Shown in pieces: positions 45,300 through 55,494 of a stretch of DNA of 64,000 bases. The first letter of the stretch is position 1. Each line of letters opens with the position of its first letter. Location: positions 1-64,000 of the IMG/VR virus record IMGVR_UViG_3300031521_001337. One strand, written 5' to 3'. Below the pieces are notes generated by a model. It did not search any database and was not told where the DNA came from. It worked only from the letters and a program-made list of their open reading frames with translations. The translations under genes were made by a program, and so were the position numbers.

Positions 45300-45758
45300 A
45301 TGAGTGAACAACAAGAATCAGCTCCAGTATTGAAAAAAGTAGTAGCCAAAGTAATGGCATTTTTGAAGTTAGACGACAGTGGTCGTGTTGACAAGTTCTT
45401 TGATAAACAAATCAAAATGTTCCGCGACAAAATCAAAGCAGTTGAACAAAACATGTCATCTGCCAAAACTCAATTCGCGCTAATTACCGACAAACATGCC
45501 GATGCTTTAGAAGATGCTGAAGAAGCATTGGAAGAAGCTTATCTTGCTATTAAGCCGGATGAAATCAGTTCGAATGATGCGATCAAAGCATTTTCCGATA
45601 TTTATTGGAATAATATCAAATCGAAAGAAGATGATATTACAGCTTTGAAAGAAACCATGAAAGCTAAACAAGAAGCTTATGACGAAGAATTGAAAAATCG
45701 TCAAGAAAAAATCGCTAAGTATGAAGCCCGGATCGCTAAAATTAGCGAATTAGTTTAA
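45300..45758 (+). CDS. Coiled-coil protein
   Basis: 152 aa, helical heptads. Confidence 0.7.
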   Translation: MSEQQESAPVLKKVVAKVMAFLKLDDSGRVDKFFDKQIKMFRDKIKAVEQNMSSAKTQFALITDKHADALEDAEEALEEAYLAIKPDEISSNDAIKAFSDIYWNNIKSKEDDITALKETMKAKQEAYDEELKNRQEKIAKYEARIAKISELV

Positions 45759-45965
45759 AAATACAACAAAAAATCCTGATAAATACTCGTTCATACAGTG
45801 TATAAATAGGTAGTATAGCGTATGAAGCTATATGAGATAGTATATTCGATTCCGCCATAAGGCATGTCGTTAATATATTCTCGATGTATATCACCAGCCC
45901 TTTGCACAAGGATACTGCTTATACATTTAAATAAAACATACAGGATACCTCCTGAAATAATAATT

Positions 45966-46376
45966 ATGCAAGAAATAGAAGAAATCTGAAAAGACATTCC
46001 TGAATATGAAGAAATATATCAAGTTTCTAATTTAGGAAGAATAAGAAGTTTAAATAGAATATCTAAAATTGGAAGAAAATTAAAAGGGAAAATATTAAAA
46101 TTATCTCCTAATAAATTTGGATATTTAAGATTTACTGCTGAAAATAGAAATGGAATAAAAACATTACATGTTCATAGAATAGTAATGTTAACATTTAGAC
46201 CAATCTTTGAAAATTTACAAGTAAATCATATAGATGGAAATAAATTAAATAATTCATTAGTAAATCTTGAATGGTGTACTGATTCTGAAAATAAAATTCA
46301 TGCTTACAAAAATGGATTAATGATTGGAGGAAATGAATATAGTAAAATTAAACAAGATTTACCTCGATATAAATAA
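45966..46376 (+). CDS. NUMOD4-HNH homing endonuclease, 1 TGA=Trp
   Basis: EEI[W]KDIPEYEEIYQVSNLGRIRS; VHRIV; VNHIDGNKLNNSLVNLEW. Confidence 0.88.
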
Positions 46377-46876
46377 CTAAATCCTGATTAGAAACTTTAT
46401 AGTAATATAAAGAATAGATGTTGCTGTATGAGATATGCAACTATTAAACTATTGGAAGTTCTCAGCAAGACCCTAACTTCATAAGCAGTACACTGATAAA
46501 GTATGTAGCTAATGAAAAGGGTGCTAAAAAGTTCAGAAATTGGTCTTTAAGAGTAAAGACATTATTTGAATATAAAAAAGTTGGTAGCTTTGAAGTTCAC
46601 TCAACCTAAGCGTAGGTTGTTTATTAAACTATTGAGGGGTGAAGATATAAGTCCATGCATTGAATGAATTAAATAACAATGGCAATAAAATCTTCACCCC
46701 GTTTTACTTTTAAAACTAATTAATCATGACAAAATTTAAAAAGAAATCTGTTTACTCTTTTCTGTTTATAGTATTAGTAGCACTTGGTGCACTTGTATTT
46801 GGCTTTGCTGCGGTTAAAATCTTTAGTGGACCATCAACTCCAGACAAAGTTTATTACGAACCTGATACAAAATAAT

Positions 46877-47566
46877 ATGAAAAAACTCTTAACTATTTTA
46901 GGTATTTTATTAAGTATTATTTTACTTGTAATATTATACTCACCAATTGGTAGTCCTTCGAATTACCAATCGGATTCTCATACGATTACTTATCATACTC
47001 CAAAGTATGAAGCATTGCCCTCAAGTGCTGGTTTAAATTATAAAGCTAGTACTACTGTAGAATATCAAGCTGAACCTATTCAAACATCTAATGTGAATGT
47101 ATCTAATATAACTTCACATATGAATTCTACTTCATCACAAGTTTCAACACAACAACAAAGTGTTTCAAACTATAGTCATGAAAATACTTCTGTAACATCT
47201 CCAAATTATCCAAATATTCCCTTATTAACTAATACTTCACATAGTCAATCTATGTCACAATCTACTCCTACTGAATCAGCTGTATCTTTATCAGAAACTA
47301 AATCTGAAGATAAAGTAGAAGCATTGAACATAGCTCAAAGATGTAACGATCATTCACAAGATTGTGGTCGTTGGGTTTGGCATGAAGGTTATTGGAGTTA
47401 TTGGTGGGGATGTCAAGGTAAACATTGGGTTGATGGATATTGGGAATATGTTTATGAAGATTGTCCTCCAGGTGTACCTGTTGGTGATGGTATTTTCATA
47501 CTAGTAGCTTTAGCTATGATATATGTTTTATTCAAAAATTTTAAATTATGTCCAAAGATGAAGTAA
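46877..47566 (+). CDS. Surface protein with WxxGYW repeats and PVGDG-type C-terminal sorting signal
   Basis: N-terminal TM, S/T-rich linker, WVWHEGYW and HWVDGYW, VPVGDG plus TM plus basic tail. Confidence 0.65.
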   Translation: MKKLLTILGILLSIILLVILYSPIGSPSNYQSDSHTITYHTPKYEALPSSAGLNYKASTTVEYQAEPIQTSNVNVSNITSHMNSTSSQVSTQQQSVSNYSHENTSVTSPNYPNIPLLTNTSHSQSMSQSTPTESAVSLSETKSEDKVEALNIAQRCNDHSQDCGRWVWHEGYWSYWWGCQGKHWVDGYWEYVYEDCPPGVPVGDGIFILVALAMIYVLFKNFKLCPKMK

Positions 47567-47774
47567 TACTTGCTTTAAAAGAAATTGAAGCAATTGAAAC
47601 AGGAATTGTTGAACAAACTTATGTTCAATATAAATGGATTAATGGAATTCTTTGGTTAGGAAATTATTATATTGAAGATGAAAGACAAGGTTTAGCATTT
47701 CCTTATAAAGATAATAATATTTCTTTAAATGATTTAAATAATTTTCTTAATAAACAATATAAATTTTCTTAATA

Positions 47775-48053
47775 ATGACTAAAGACGAAGCAATAGCTTT
47801 AGGATTTAATCCACTCCCACATTTTACAATAACAGGTGCTTTAATCTATGACTTAGGTCGTGATAGGCATCTGTCATTAGGATGTGTTGGTGAAGCAAAT
47901 GAAATGATATGGATTTGTTCTTCTGATCATAAAGATCCTAAAAAGATTACAGATTTAATTTGTATTCATAATTTTGATCATGATGGTTTATTAACCGAAG
48001 AAAAATTAAAAGCAATTCTAACAGCCTTAACTTGGCCTAAAAATACAAAATAA
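47775..48053 (+). CDS. Hypothetical protein
   Basis: 92-aa ORF coupled to neighbours. Confidence 0.6.
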   Translation: MTKDEAIALGFNPLPHFTITGALIYDLGRDRHLSLGCVGEANEMIWICSSDHKDPKKITDLICIHNFDHDGLLTEEKLKAILTALTWPKNTK

Positions 48054-49190
48054 ATGAAAAAAGTTTTAATCATTGTATTACTCTCATTAAGTATGAGTAT
48101 GTTCGCTTTTAAACCAATGTATTCCAAATGGACTGCAACAGTAGAAGCTGGTGTTAATCGTTTTGATGGTGACATCAATCAAGCTCTTGTAAACACATTT
48201 CCAACCTCAAATTGGAATCCTACAATTGGTGGTAATATTGAATATAAACTAACTCCAGTATATGGTTTAAGTTTAAATGGATATTATGTACCTATTAATG
48301 CTAATACTCAATATTATATTATACCATTAGCTCAAAGTTCTTTGATTAATGTTACAACTAAAATATCTACAATAGCTATTAATGGTACTGTTGATTTTAC
48401 ACATTTAATGTTTCCATATACTAAAACTAAATGGACTGTTAATGGGTCTATAGGAATTGGTTATGCATATTATAAATATGGATTTCATTCATTACCTGAT
48501 TCATACGGCAATGCCGTTACCATGCCAACATCAATTTCTCTGAAGTATAATGCTTCAGATCGGATTGATGTTGGCGCTAAGGTATCTTATATATGTTTTA
48601 ATAAAGATAACTTAGAAGGATTACATGGATGGAAAGGTGTTACTAATGACCGAGTAGGTTTAGGAACTATATTTATTTCATATAAATTTAACCCTAAACG
48701 TTATCCTGTTAAAGATAATACATTACAATTAGAATTATCAAAAGTATCTGCACGTGTTTATGATCTTAATAAAAAGGTTAAAAAACAATCGGATAAATTG
48801 GATACTTTAACTTCTTATGTGTTAAACCGGACAGAAAATACTTGTATCAAAGATACTAATATTCTTGTTGAAGACATTCCCGCAGTATATTTTGATTTTG
48901 ATAAAGCTGATCTTGATGATTGGGCTCTTATTACTATATCTAAATTTGCAGAAATTCTACAAGATAATCCTAAATTTAAAGTTGATATTTTAGGTTATTG
49001 TGATTATATTGGTAACGAACCTTACAATTTTAAACTAAGTGACAAACGTGTTGCTCGTGTTAAAAAAGAGTTGGTTGAAATCTGGAGAATAGATCCTAAA
49101 AGGATTTGTACTGATGGACGTGGTAAACTTAATGATCCAAAAATGAAATATCGTCCTAATAGACGATGTGATCTTTTCATTATTAAATAA
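48054..49190 (+). CDS. OmpA-family outer membrane protein
   Basis: Signal peptide, beta-barrel, VYFDFDKA, GYCDYIG, YNFKLSDKR, NRRCD. Confidence 0.88.
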   Translation: MKKVLIIVLLSLSMSMFAFKPMYSKWTATVEAGVNRFDGDINQALVNTFPTSNWNPTIGGNIEYKLTPVYGLSLNGYYVPINANTQYYIIPLAQSSLINVTTKISTIAINGTVDFTHLMFPYTKTKWTVNGSIGIGYAYYKYGFHSLPDSYGNAVTMPTSISLKYNASDRIDVGAKVSYICFNKDNLEGLHGWKGVTNDRVGLGTIFISYKFNPKRYPVKDNTLQLELSKVSARVYDLNKKVKKQSDKLDTLTSYVLNRTENTCIKDTNILVEDIPAVYFDFDKADLDDWALITISKFAEILQDNPKFKVDILGYCDYIGNEPYNFKLSDKRVARVKKELVEIWRIDPKRICTDGRGKLNDPKMKYRPNRRCDLFIIK

Positions 49191-49221
49191 AAAATTCTAA
49201 GTTTAATTAAATAAAGTTTTT

Positions 49222-49632
49222 ATGAAAAAAACGCATGCAATTTTTGCCGCTTTAGTAGCTTTAGCGGTAGCAGGAAGCGCAACTTCTTGTAGAAGAAATT
49301 CAGGGTATCCTATGTCACCAACAGCGGGGCAAGAATACTATGATGAAAGTGGTAATCGCTCTGTATGGAATAGCGCTGGTTATTGGATGATTTATTCATC
49401 TATGAACGGTCGTCCTTCAGGTGTAACCCATTATTATCCTTCTTCTGGAACTTATCGTAATTCTGCAAATCATGTAATTACTCGTCCGTCATCTGTACCG
49501 GCTTTCCGTACTGCAGCACCAACTCGTTCATCAATGTTCAGTGGTTCACATAGTACTGGTTCATCATCTCGCTCAGGTGGATTTGGATCATCAGGTCATA
49601 GCTTCGGTGGTGGTCACGGTTTCGGTGGTTGA
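49222..49632 (+). CDS. YgiB/DUF1190-like lipoprotein
   Basis: Lipobox ATSC and Gly/Ser tail SRSGGFGSSG, directly upstream of GSP synthase. Confidence 0.65.
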   Translation: MKKTHAIFAALVALAVAGSATSCRRNSGYPMSPTAGQEYYDESGNRSVWNSAGYWMIYSSMNGRPSGVTHYYPSSGTYRNSANHVITRPSSVPAFRTAAPTRSSMFSGSHSTGSSSRSGGFGSSGHSFGGGHGFGG

Positions 49633-49708
49633 TTTTCGATAAAGAAAATGAGGGATTTACATTGTTAAATCCCTCAATTATTTAACAAAAACATTTACAA
49701 AACATAAA

Positions 49709-50815
49709 ATGATTAGACTTAAAATAAATCCTAGATCAGATTATAAACAAAAATTATCTGATTTAGGTTTCGAATTCAATGAAAACTATTGGCTCGAAAA
49801 TGCCGTGTATTCTTTTTCATCAAAAGAAATTGAAGAAATTGAAAAAGCAACTGTTGAATGTTATCAAATGTATTGTGCTGCCGTACAACATGTTATTGAT
49901 AATAATCTTTGGGACAAATTACATATCCCCGCTGAAATGATTCCAGTAATCGTTGACTCGTGGAATAGTGATGAATTGTCACTGTATGGTCGCTTTGATT
50001 TTGCATTTATCAATGGTGTTCCAAAATGTCTTGAATTTAATGCTGATACCCCGACATCTCTATTTGAAGCAGCCATTGTACAATGGATGTGGAAAGAAGA
50101 AGTATATCCTGGTAATGATCAGTTCAATTCAATTCATGAAGCCCTTATTCAAAGTTGGAAAGACATTCATACACAATATCAATCGGATATGTATTATTTT
50201 GCATGTGGTAAAGAAAATCTTGAAGATCATACTACCACTGCATACATACTATCAACTGCTGCTGAAGCTGGATTGAATGTAACGTTGATGGATGTTGAAG
50301 AAATTCATTCGAATGATGAATTGTTTACTGACGCTGATGGTAATAACCTTGATGTTCTTTTTAAATTGTATCCATATGAATGGATGTTCAACGAAGAGTT
50401 TGGAAAAACTATTCCTGTATGTGCAACAACATTCATCGAACCTCTTTGGAAAGCCGTTATGAGCAACAAGTATTTACTTACTATTGTAGCCAAATTGTTT
50501 CCTAATTCTCCATACGTATTAAAAGCTTCTGATCAACCGCTTCCTGGTAACTATTGTAAAAAACCAATATTCTCAAGAGAAGGTGCTAACGTAACCCTTG
50601 TAAAAAATGGTGAAGTTCTTGAAGAAACTGAAGGTGAATATGGAGAAGAAGGATTTATCTTCCAAGAACTTGTTGATATACCGTCTTTTGATGGAATGTA
50701 TCCGATCTTAGGATCGTGGGTTATTGGTGGAGAGTCTTGTGGTTTTGGTATCCGTGAAACATCGTCAAGAATTACTGACAACATGTCGTATTTTGTACCT
50801 CATATCATTCAGTAA
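49709..50815 (+). CDS. Glutathionylspermidine synthase-like ATP-grasp ligase (YgiC family)
   Basis: LYGRFDF, LEFNADTPTSL, FKLYPYEW, KPIFSREGANV, FVPH. Confidence 0.92.
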   Translation: MIRLKINPRSDYKQKLSDLGFEFNENYWLENAVYSFSSKEIEEIEKATVECYQMYCAAVQHVIDNNLWDKLHIPAEMIPVIVDSWNSDELSLYGRFDFAFINGVPKCLEFNADTPTSLFEAAIVQWMWKEEVYPGNDQFNSIHEALIQSWKDIHTQYQSDMYYFACGKENLEDHTTTAYILSTAAEAGLNVTLMDVEEIHSNDELFTDADGNNLDVLFKLYPYEWMFNEEFGKTIPVCATTFIEPLWKAVMSNKYLLTIVAKLFPNSPYVLKASDQPLPGNYCKKPIFSREGANVTLVKNGEVLEETEGEYGEEGFIFQELVDIPSFDGMYPILGSWVIGGESCGFGIRETSSRITDNMSYFVPHIIQ

Positions 50816-51020
50816 ACAAATAAGAGAATTGCTAATTAGTTGATCGTGAATAAATATTGTGAGAAACCAAAGTCCTCACCTTAGCATTATACTTGAAATG
50901 GTATGAGTTCATTAATTCCATAGATCAAATATTAGAGTTATAGATATATTATTTTTATGGTTAATATAATTTCAATCTCTTTGGAAAGGATTGACAATTC
51001 TTTTTTTAAACTTATTAGTT

Positions 51021-51109
51021 GGGCATGTGGTTAAGTAAATGGAGTAGCTGTAGAGTCGCTACAATAGCATACATGAAAGTGAGATATAGGTTCGAGTCCT
51101 AGCCTGTCT
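51021..51109 (+). ncRNA. Degenerate tRNA-like element
   Basis: T arm TAGG-TTCGAGT-CCTA and weak acceptor; anticodon region replaced by a long irregular hairpin. Confidence 0.4.
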
Positions 51110-51408
51110 TTGAAGTCAGAGATACCGAAAGGACTTTGTGCTAATAGGTTTTTTCAAAACAAATCAATATTATTAATAAATTAACAAAGAAGTTCTTATG
51201 AAGAAGAAGAATGGAGTTAACCACTCAATGGAGTTGAAAGTAATTATACGTCGCAAATCAGTAATCGAAAGATTGGAAACACAGTTAAAAGCTGGTACTA
51301 AGCAAACTAAAACTGCTGGTATTGTACCACTTACTGATGCTGATCGTGCACGTATTCAAAAAGAACTTGAAACGTTAAAAAATCGATTAACTCGTAACAA
51401 GTAAAATC

Positions 51409-53565
51409 ATGTTAAATTTTAACAAACAACTTCAAGCCCAACTTGCACTAATGTGTGAAGTGGGTAAACTTTTCAGGTCTGAAATGACGGGTGATCAAGT
51501 GTGGGATTTATATCTCAAATCATTTGAAGATGATCCTATGTTTAGAGATCCGGAAAGTTCTGAACACAATTGTAATTTGTGTAAGAATTTCCTTCGTCGT
51601 TACGGTAATATCGTAGCAATCACACCAGCTAATGGAATTCTTTCATTATTTGATTTTGAAGGCCCTGGTGAATTCTTACCTGTAACAATCGCGTTGTCTG
51701 CTGCTTTAAGTAAAGCTCCAATAGCAAACATTTTCACGGAAACGTATGATGAATTGAATTCATTACCTTATGAACAATGTAAGAAAACTCTTACTAAGTT
51801 TCGTTTAGGTATTGACAAAAACGATAAACGTTATACCAGAGAAGAAGCTGAAAAATTCGGTGTTGTTAAACCTAACGAAGTAGTTACATTCAATCATATG
51901 CACCTGGATATTCCAGCTATGTATGTTGATAAGACTGGTAAGTCAAGTGCAACAATTATGGCTGATTTCAGATCTTCGAAAGAAGTATTTGAACGCGCCA
52001 TGCAAGAAATTCACATTGATACATTGAATCTTGTAAAAGATTTGATTATTCAAGGTTCATTACTTGATGGTCAAACACATTTGTATAAAGTTGAGCAATT
52101 CATACCTTTGAAAAAAGAATATGATGCTCTTGCTGCTAACAAACGTGCTGCATGGTGTTGGATAAAATCTTACAATTTACCTATTGCAAAATTCAGAAAT
52201 GAGTTACTTGGAGTGTTATGCTCGGAGTTATCAGAAGGTAAAGAGTTAAATGCTGCTGTCCAATCTTGGAACAAACGTGTTGATCCGGCTAACTATATGA
52301 AAGCTGTCGCACCTATTACTAAGAAACAAATTGAGGAAGCTCAAAAGTTTGTGGAAAATAACGGATACACTGAATCGTTTAATCGACGTTTTGCAATTCT
52401 CGACGACATCAAAGTTGCTGAAATTCTCCATAGTAATGTAGGTGATGGTAGTATTCCATCTGTATCAATTTTTGATTCTGTTAAACCGGCTGTGTCAACT
52501 CGTCACAAACGTAGCGAGTTTGATGATGTTAAAGAAGTATCTATTGAATCATTTATGAAGGATATCCTTCCTGCTTGTATATCAGTTGAAGCTTTCTTAG
52601 CAAACAATCACGGTGGTAATATGGTGTCATTAACTACTGCTAATAATCCGGATTCTAAGTCAATATTTAAATGGGATAACAACTATAGTTGGACGTTCAA
52701 TGGTAATTTAGCTGGTAAATCTCAGTTACGTGAAGCAGTTTCTGCATCAGGTGGTCGTGTTGATGGTGTATTTCGTTTTAGTCATTCTTGGAATGAACTA
52801 GAACCTAATCAATCATTAATGGATTTACATGTATTCATGCCTGGTAATTCTCATCGTGCCGATGATATTGTTCATAATACATATGGTTCTGGACGACGTG
52901 TTGGTTGGAATAATCGTACTGATAGTCAATCTGGTGGCGTTCAAGATGTTGATTATACTTCAGCAGCCCCAGCAGGATATATTCCTGTTGAGAATATTAC
53001 TTTTCCTGACATTAACAAAATGCCAGAAGGTAAGTATATTTGTAAAATTCATAATTGGAATTTTAGAACAACAGGTGGTCGTGGTAAAGCAGAAATTGAA
53101 TTTGATGGAGAAATCTTTCAATATGAATATCCTGCAACTAAATGTCATCAATGGGTTACTATTGCTGAAGTTACATTGAAAAATGGTAAATTTACTATTG
53201 ATCATAAAATTGAACCAGTTAATGGTTCAAGAGAACTTTACAATATACAAACCAATGAATTTCATAAAGTAAACTTAGTTTGCTTGAGTCCGAATCATTG
53301 GGGAGATAATAATGTTGGAAACAAACATTACTTCTTCATGTTAGACAAATGTAAATCTCCATCTTCTATTCGTAGTTTCCACGCAGAGAACTTAATACCT
53401 GAATTAGCAGAACATCGTAAAGTACTTGAAGTATTGGGTAACACCACTATGATAGCACCGGCAGATAAGCAGTTATCTGGTTTAGGTTTCAATGCAACTG
53501 TTCGTGATGAACTTATTGTCAAAGTACAAGGTTCATTTAAACGTATGCTTAAAATTAAGTTTTAA
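51409..53565 (+). CDS. Conserved large-phage protein with YfaP-like domain
   Basis: HNCNLCKNF, KRVDPANY, FKWDNNYSW, MDLHV...DVDY...PVENITF. Confidence 0.7.
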   Translation: MLNFNKQLQAQLALMCEVGKLFRSEMTGDQVWDLYLKSFEDDPMFRDPESSEHNCNLCKNFLRRYGNIVAITPANGILSLFDFEGPGEFLPVTIALSAALSKAPIANIFTETYDELNSLPYEQCKKTLTKFRLGIDKNDKRYTREEAEKFGVVKPNEVVTFNHMHLDIPAMYVDKTGKSSATIMADFRSSKEVFERAMQEIHIDTLNLVKDLIIQGSLLDGQTHLYKVEQFIPLKKEYDALAANKRAAWCWIKSYNLPIAKFRNELLGVLCSELSEGKELNAAVQSWNKRVDPANYMKAVAPITKKQIEEAQKFVENNGYTESFNRRFAILDDIKVAEILHSNVGDGSIPSVSIFDSVKPAVSTRHKRSEFDDVKEVSIESFMKDILPACISVEAFLANNHGGNMVSLTTANNPDSKSIFKWDNNYSWTFNGNLAGKSQLREAVSASGGRVDGVFRFSHSWNELEPNQSLMDLHVFMPGNSHRADDIVHNTYGSGRRVGWNNRTDSQSGGVQDVDYTSAAPAGYIPVENITFPDINKMPEGKYICKIHNWNFRTTGGRGKAEIEFDGEIFQYEYPATKCHQWVTIAEVTLKNGKFTIDHKIEPVNGSRELYNIQTNEFHKVNLVCLSPNHWGDNNVGNKHYFFMLDKCKSPSSIRSFHAENLIPELAEHRKVLEVLGNTTMIAPADKQLSGLGFNATVRDELIVKVQGSFKRMLKIKF

Positions 53566-53951
53566 GATGGGAAAAATCACAAAAATAACAGTAAAAGTTC
53601 CACAGGAAGTAACACTTCCTGATGGAATTTATAGTGGAACTTGGGGTGGTTATGTTATTGATATTAAATTCAATGGCAAAAATTACGAACTTACTACTGA
53701 AGAAGGAGTAAGAGGAATTGATATTAAAGTTGTAGTAACCATTAAAGATGGAGTTGCAACATATAGTGAACTTAAAAATTAAATTCTAAAATAATTCAAA
53801 CAAATGAAAAAACAATTAGTTGATTTTTACAATGCATATGTTGCATCAGGATCTAATGTATCCGCTCACGCGATTGCTAATGGAGTAACTAATACCGATT
53901 GCGTACTTATGGTACAAATGGGTAAGAAGTACTCTGAAGCATAAAAACCCT

Positions 53952-54037
53952 TTGGATATAGCTCAGCCTGGTTAGAGCGTCGGCAGCAAGACAAAAACAT
54001 TAGCCGGAGGTCGGAGGTTCAAATCCTTTTATCCATA
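53952..54037 (+). ncRNA. tRNA-like RNA with an 18-nt anticodon loop
   Basis: Canonical D arm, T arm and acceptor; stem TCGGC/GCCGG encloses AGCAAGACAAAAACATTA. Confidence 0.75.
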
Positions 54038-54226
54038 CAAAATAAAATGGTAAAAACGCGTATGTGTATAAAACGGGAAGACGTCGCTGCTGGATTCAGC
54101 CAATTGGAAACAATTGATCGATACTCACACATTAACTTAGTAATCTTCTTAGGGTTATATTAGATGTGAGTGAAAATACACACCATTTTTTAAAATACAC
54201 AATTATTAATTAAAACAAAAAAGCTT

Positions 54227-54601
54227 ATGTACAAACAAGCGAGTAAAGCAAAATTACGTATCGCCGTTATTGGCGTAGGTTTATTATCAGTTGAGCAGTT
54301 ATGGTCTGCTAATGTTAATGACCTTATTAACACAGAAGAATTACTTCAAGAAGAAGTATCAAAACTTGAAAAGACCTCTCGTAGAGCTACTCAAGTTAAA
54401 TCAAAAGATACTGAAATTTTAAAATTGAAATTAGCTATTGTAAGCGATGTTCTTGATACCCTTGTTGCAGAACAAGAAGCACGTAAAACTGCTGCTGATG
54501 TCAAAAAACATAATGCTGAAATCGATGCCCTTATTGCTAAGAAACAAGGTGAAGCTCGTGAAGGTCTTTCAATTGAAGAATTGGAAAAATTACGTAAGTA
54601 A
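54227..54601 (+). CDS. Conserved phage coiled-coil protein
   Basis: ASKAKLRI...GLLSVEQLW...SIEELEK. Confidence 0.7.
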   Translation: MYKQASKAKLRIAVIGVGLLSVEQLWSANVNDLINTEELLQEEVSKLEKTSRRATQVKSKDTEILKLKLAIVSDVLDTLVAEQEARKTAADVKKHNAEIDALIAKKQGEAREGLSIEELEKLRK

Positions 54602-55343
54602 TGGTTGACAAAACAGCATTAGGTCAAGCTCGTAACATTGAATGCGAGCTTGATCAACCATTAAAAATGCATATAAGTACAATGGAATTAAGATCATTGT
54701 CTTTAATGTGTGGTGAAAATGGTTCAGGTAAAACAATGATTAATAAAATTGTATATTTTTCTTCAATGTTTACATTTATTGATTTAGGTAAGTATTCAGG
54801 AATGTTTGCTGACTTAGGTTATATTGGTGAAACTGGTGAAGATTTGTGTCAATTTATATTCAATCATACGTTTATTAATCCTGAAGAAATATCAGGTAAA
54901 ATGACTGTGTTTTTGAAAATGGAACATTTAGTTGTCGTATTGTAGAAGGCAAAGTTAAAGAACTTCTTGTAACATATAATGCTGATGTTAAAGAGGGCAC
55001 CTATCCAAAATACATGTCAACCACAACTCGATTATTTACTGCAATGGAATCAATTCTTACATTATTTAAAGTATTACCAAAAGGTGAAATTCTTAAACAT
55101 TGTATGTTATTTGATTTACTTCATTGTCTTACTATTCAGAATTTTGCAATGACTGTTAAAGATCTTTCAGCAGGATTAACTGAAAAACTTAAAGAAGATG
55201 GATTAAACATTGTATCATTATTATATGATGAAACATCCGGTAAATTCTCGTATATTGATTTACAAAATAATACACGACCAGTTGGATCATTAGGTAATGG
55301 ACATCAATCCTTACTTAATATGTATTTAGCTGTCGAAATTTAA
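54601..55343 (+). pseudogene. ABC/AAA-type ATPase split by a frameshift near 54910
   Basis: Walker A GENGSGKT in the first ORF and signature-like SLGNGHQ in the second; one extra base in the T-run joins them. Confidence 0.55.
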
Positions 55344-55494
55344 TTGAAAGGAAGCGCGTAACTCTCGGTTAGCATATAGGAACCCTCTGAATAGTGGATG
55401 GTTTGGTATATAGGTGAAACTCTTTATACTGCCACTATGTAAGGCTATGGAATGCATTTCAATTTTTAAATCAAAACAAAACAAAACAAAAACA

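Noticed and set aside
46450-46660. Group I intron core (CAGCAAG, GTTCAGA, AAGATATAAGTCC look-alikes)
   Set aside because: The would-be P7 strands do not pair, and no interrupted host gene is evident.
49630-49668. Read-through of the TGA ending the YgiB-like gene
   Set aside because: GGHGFGG is a natural family ending and the extension runs into a hairpin; TGA is probably a true stop here.
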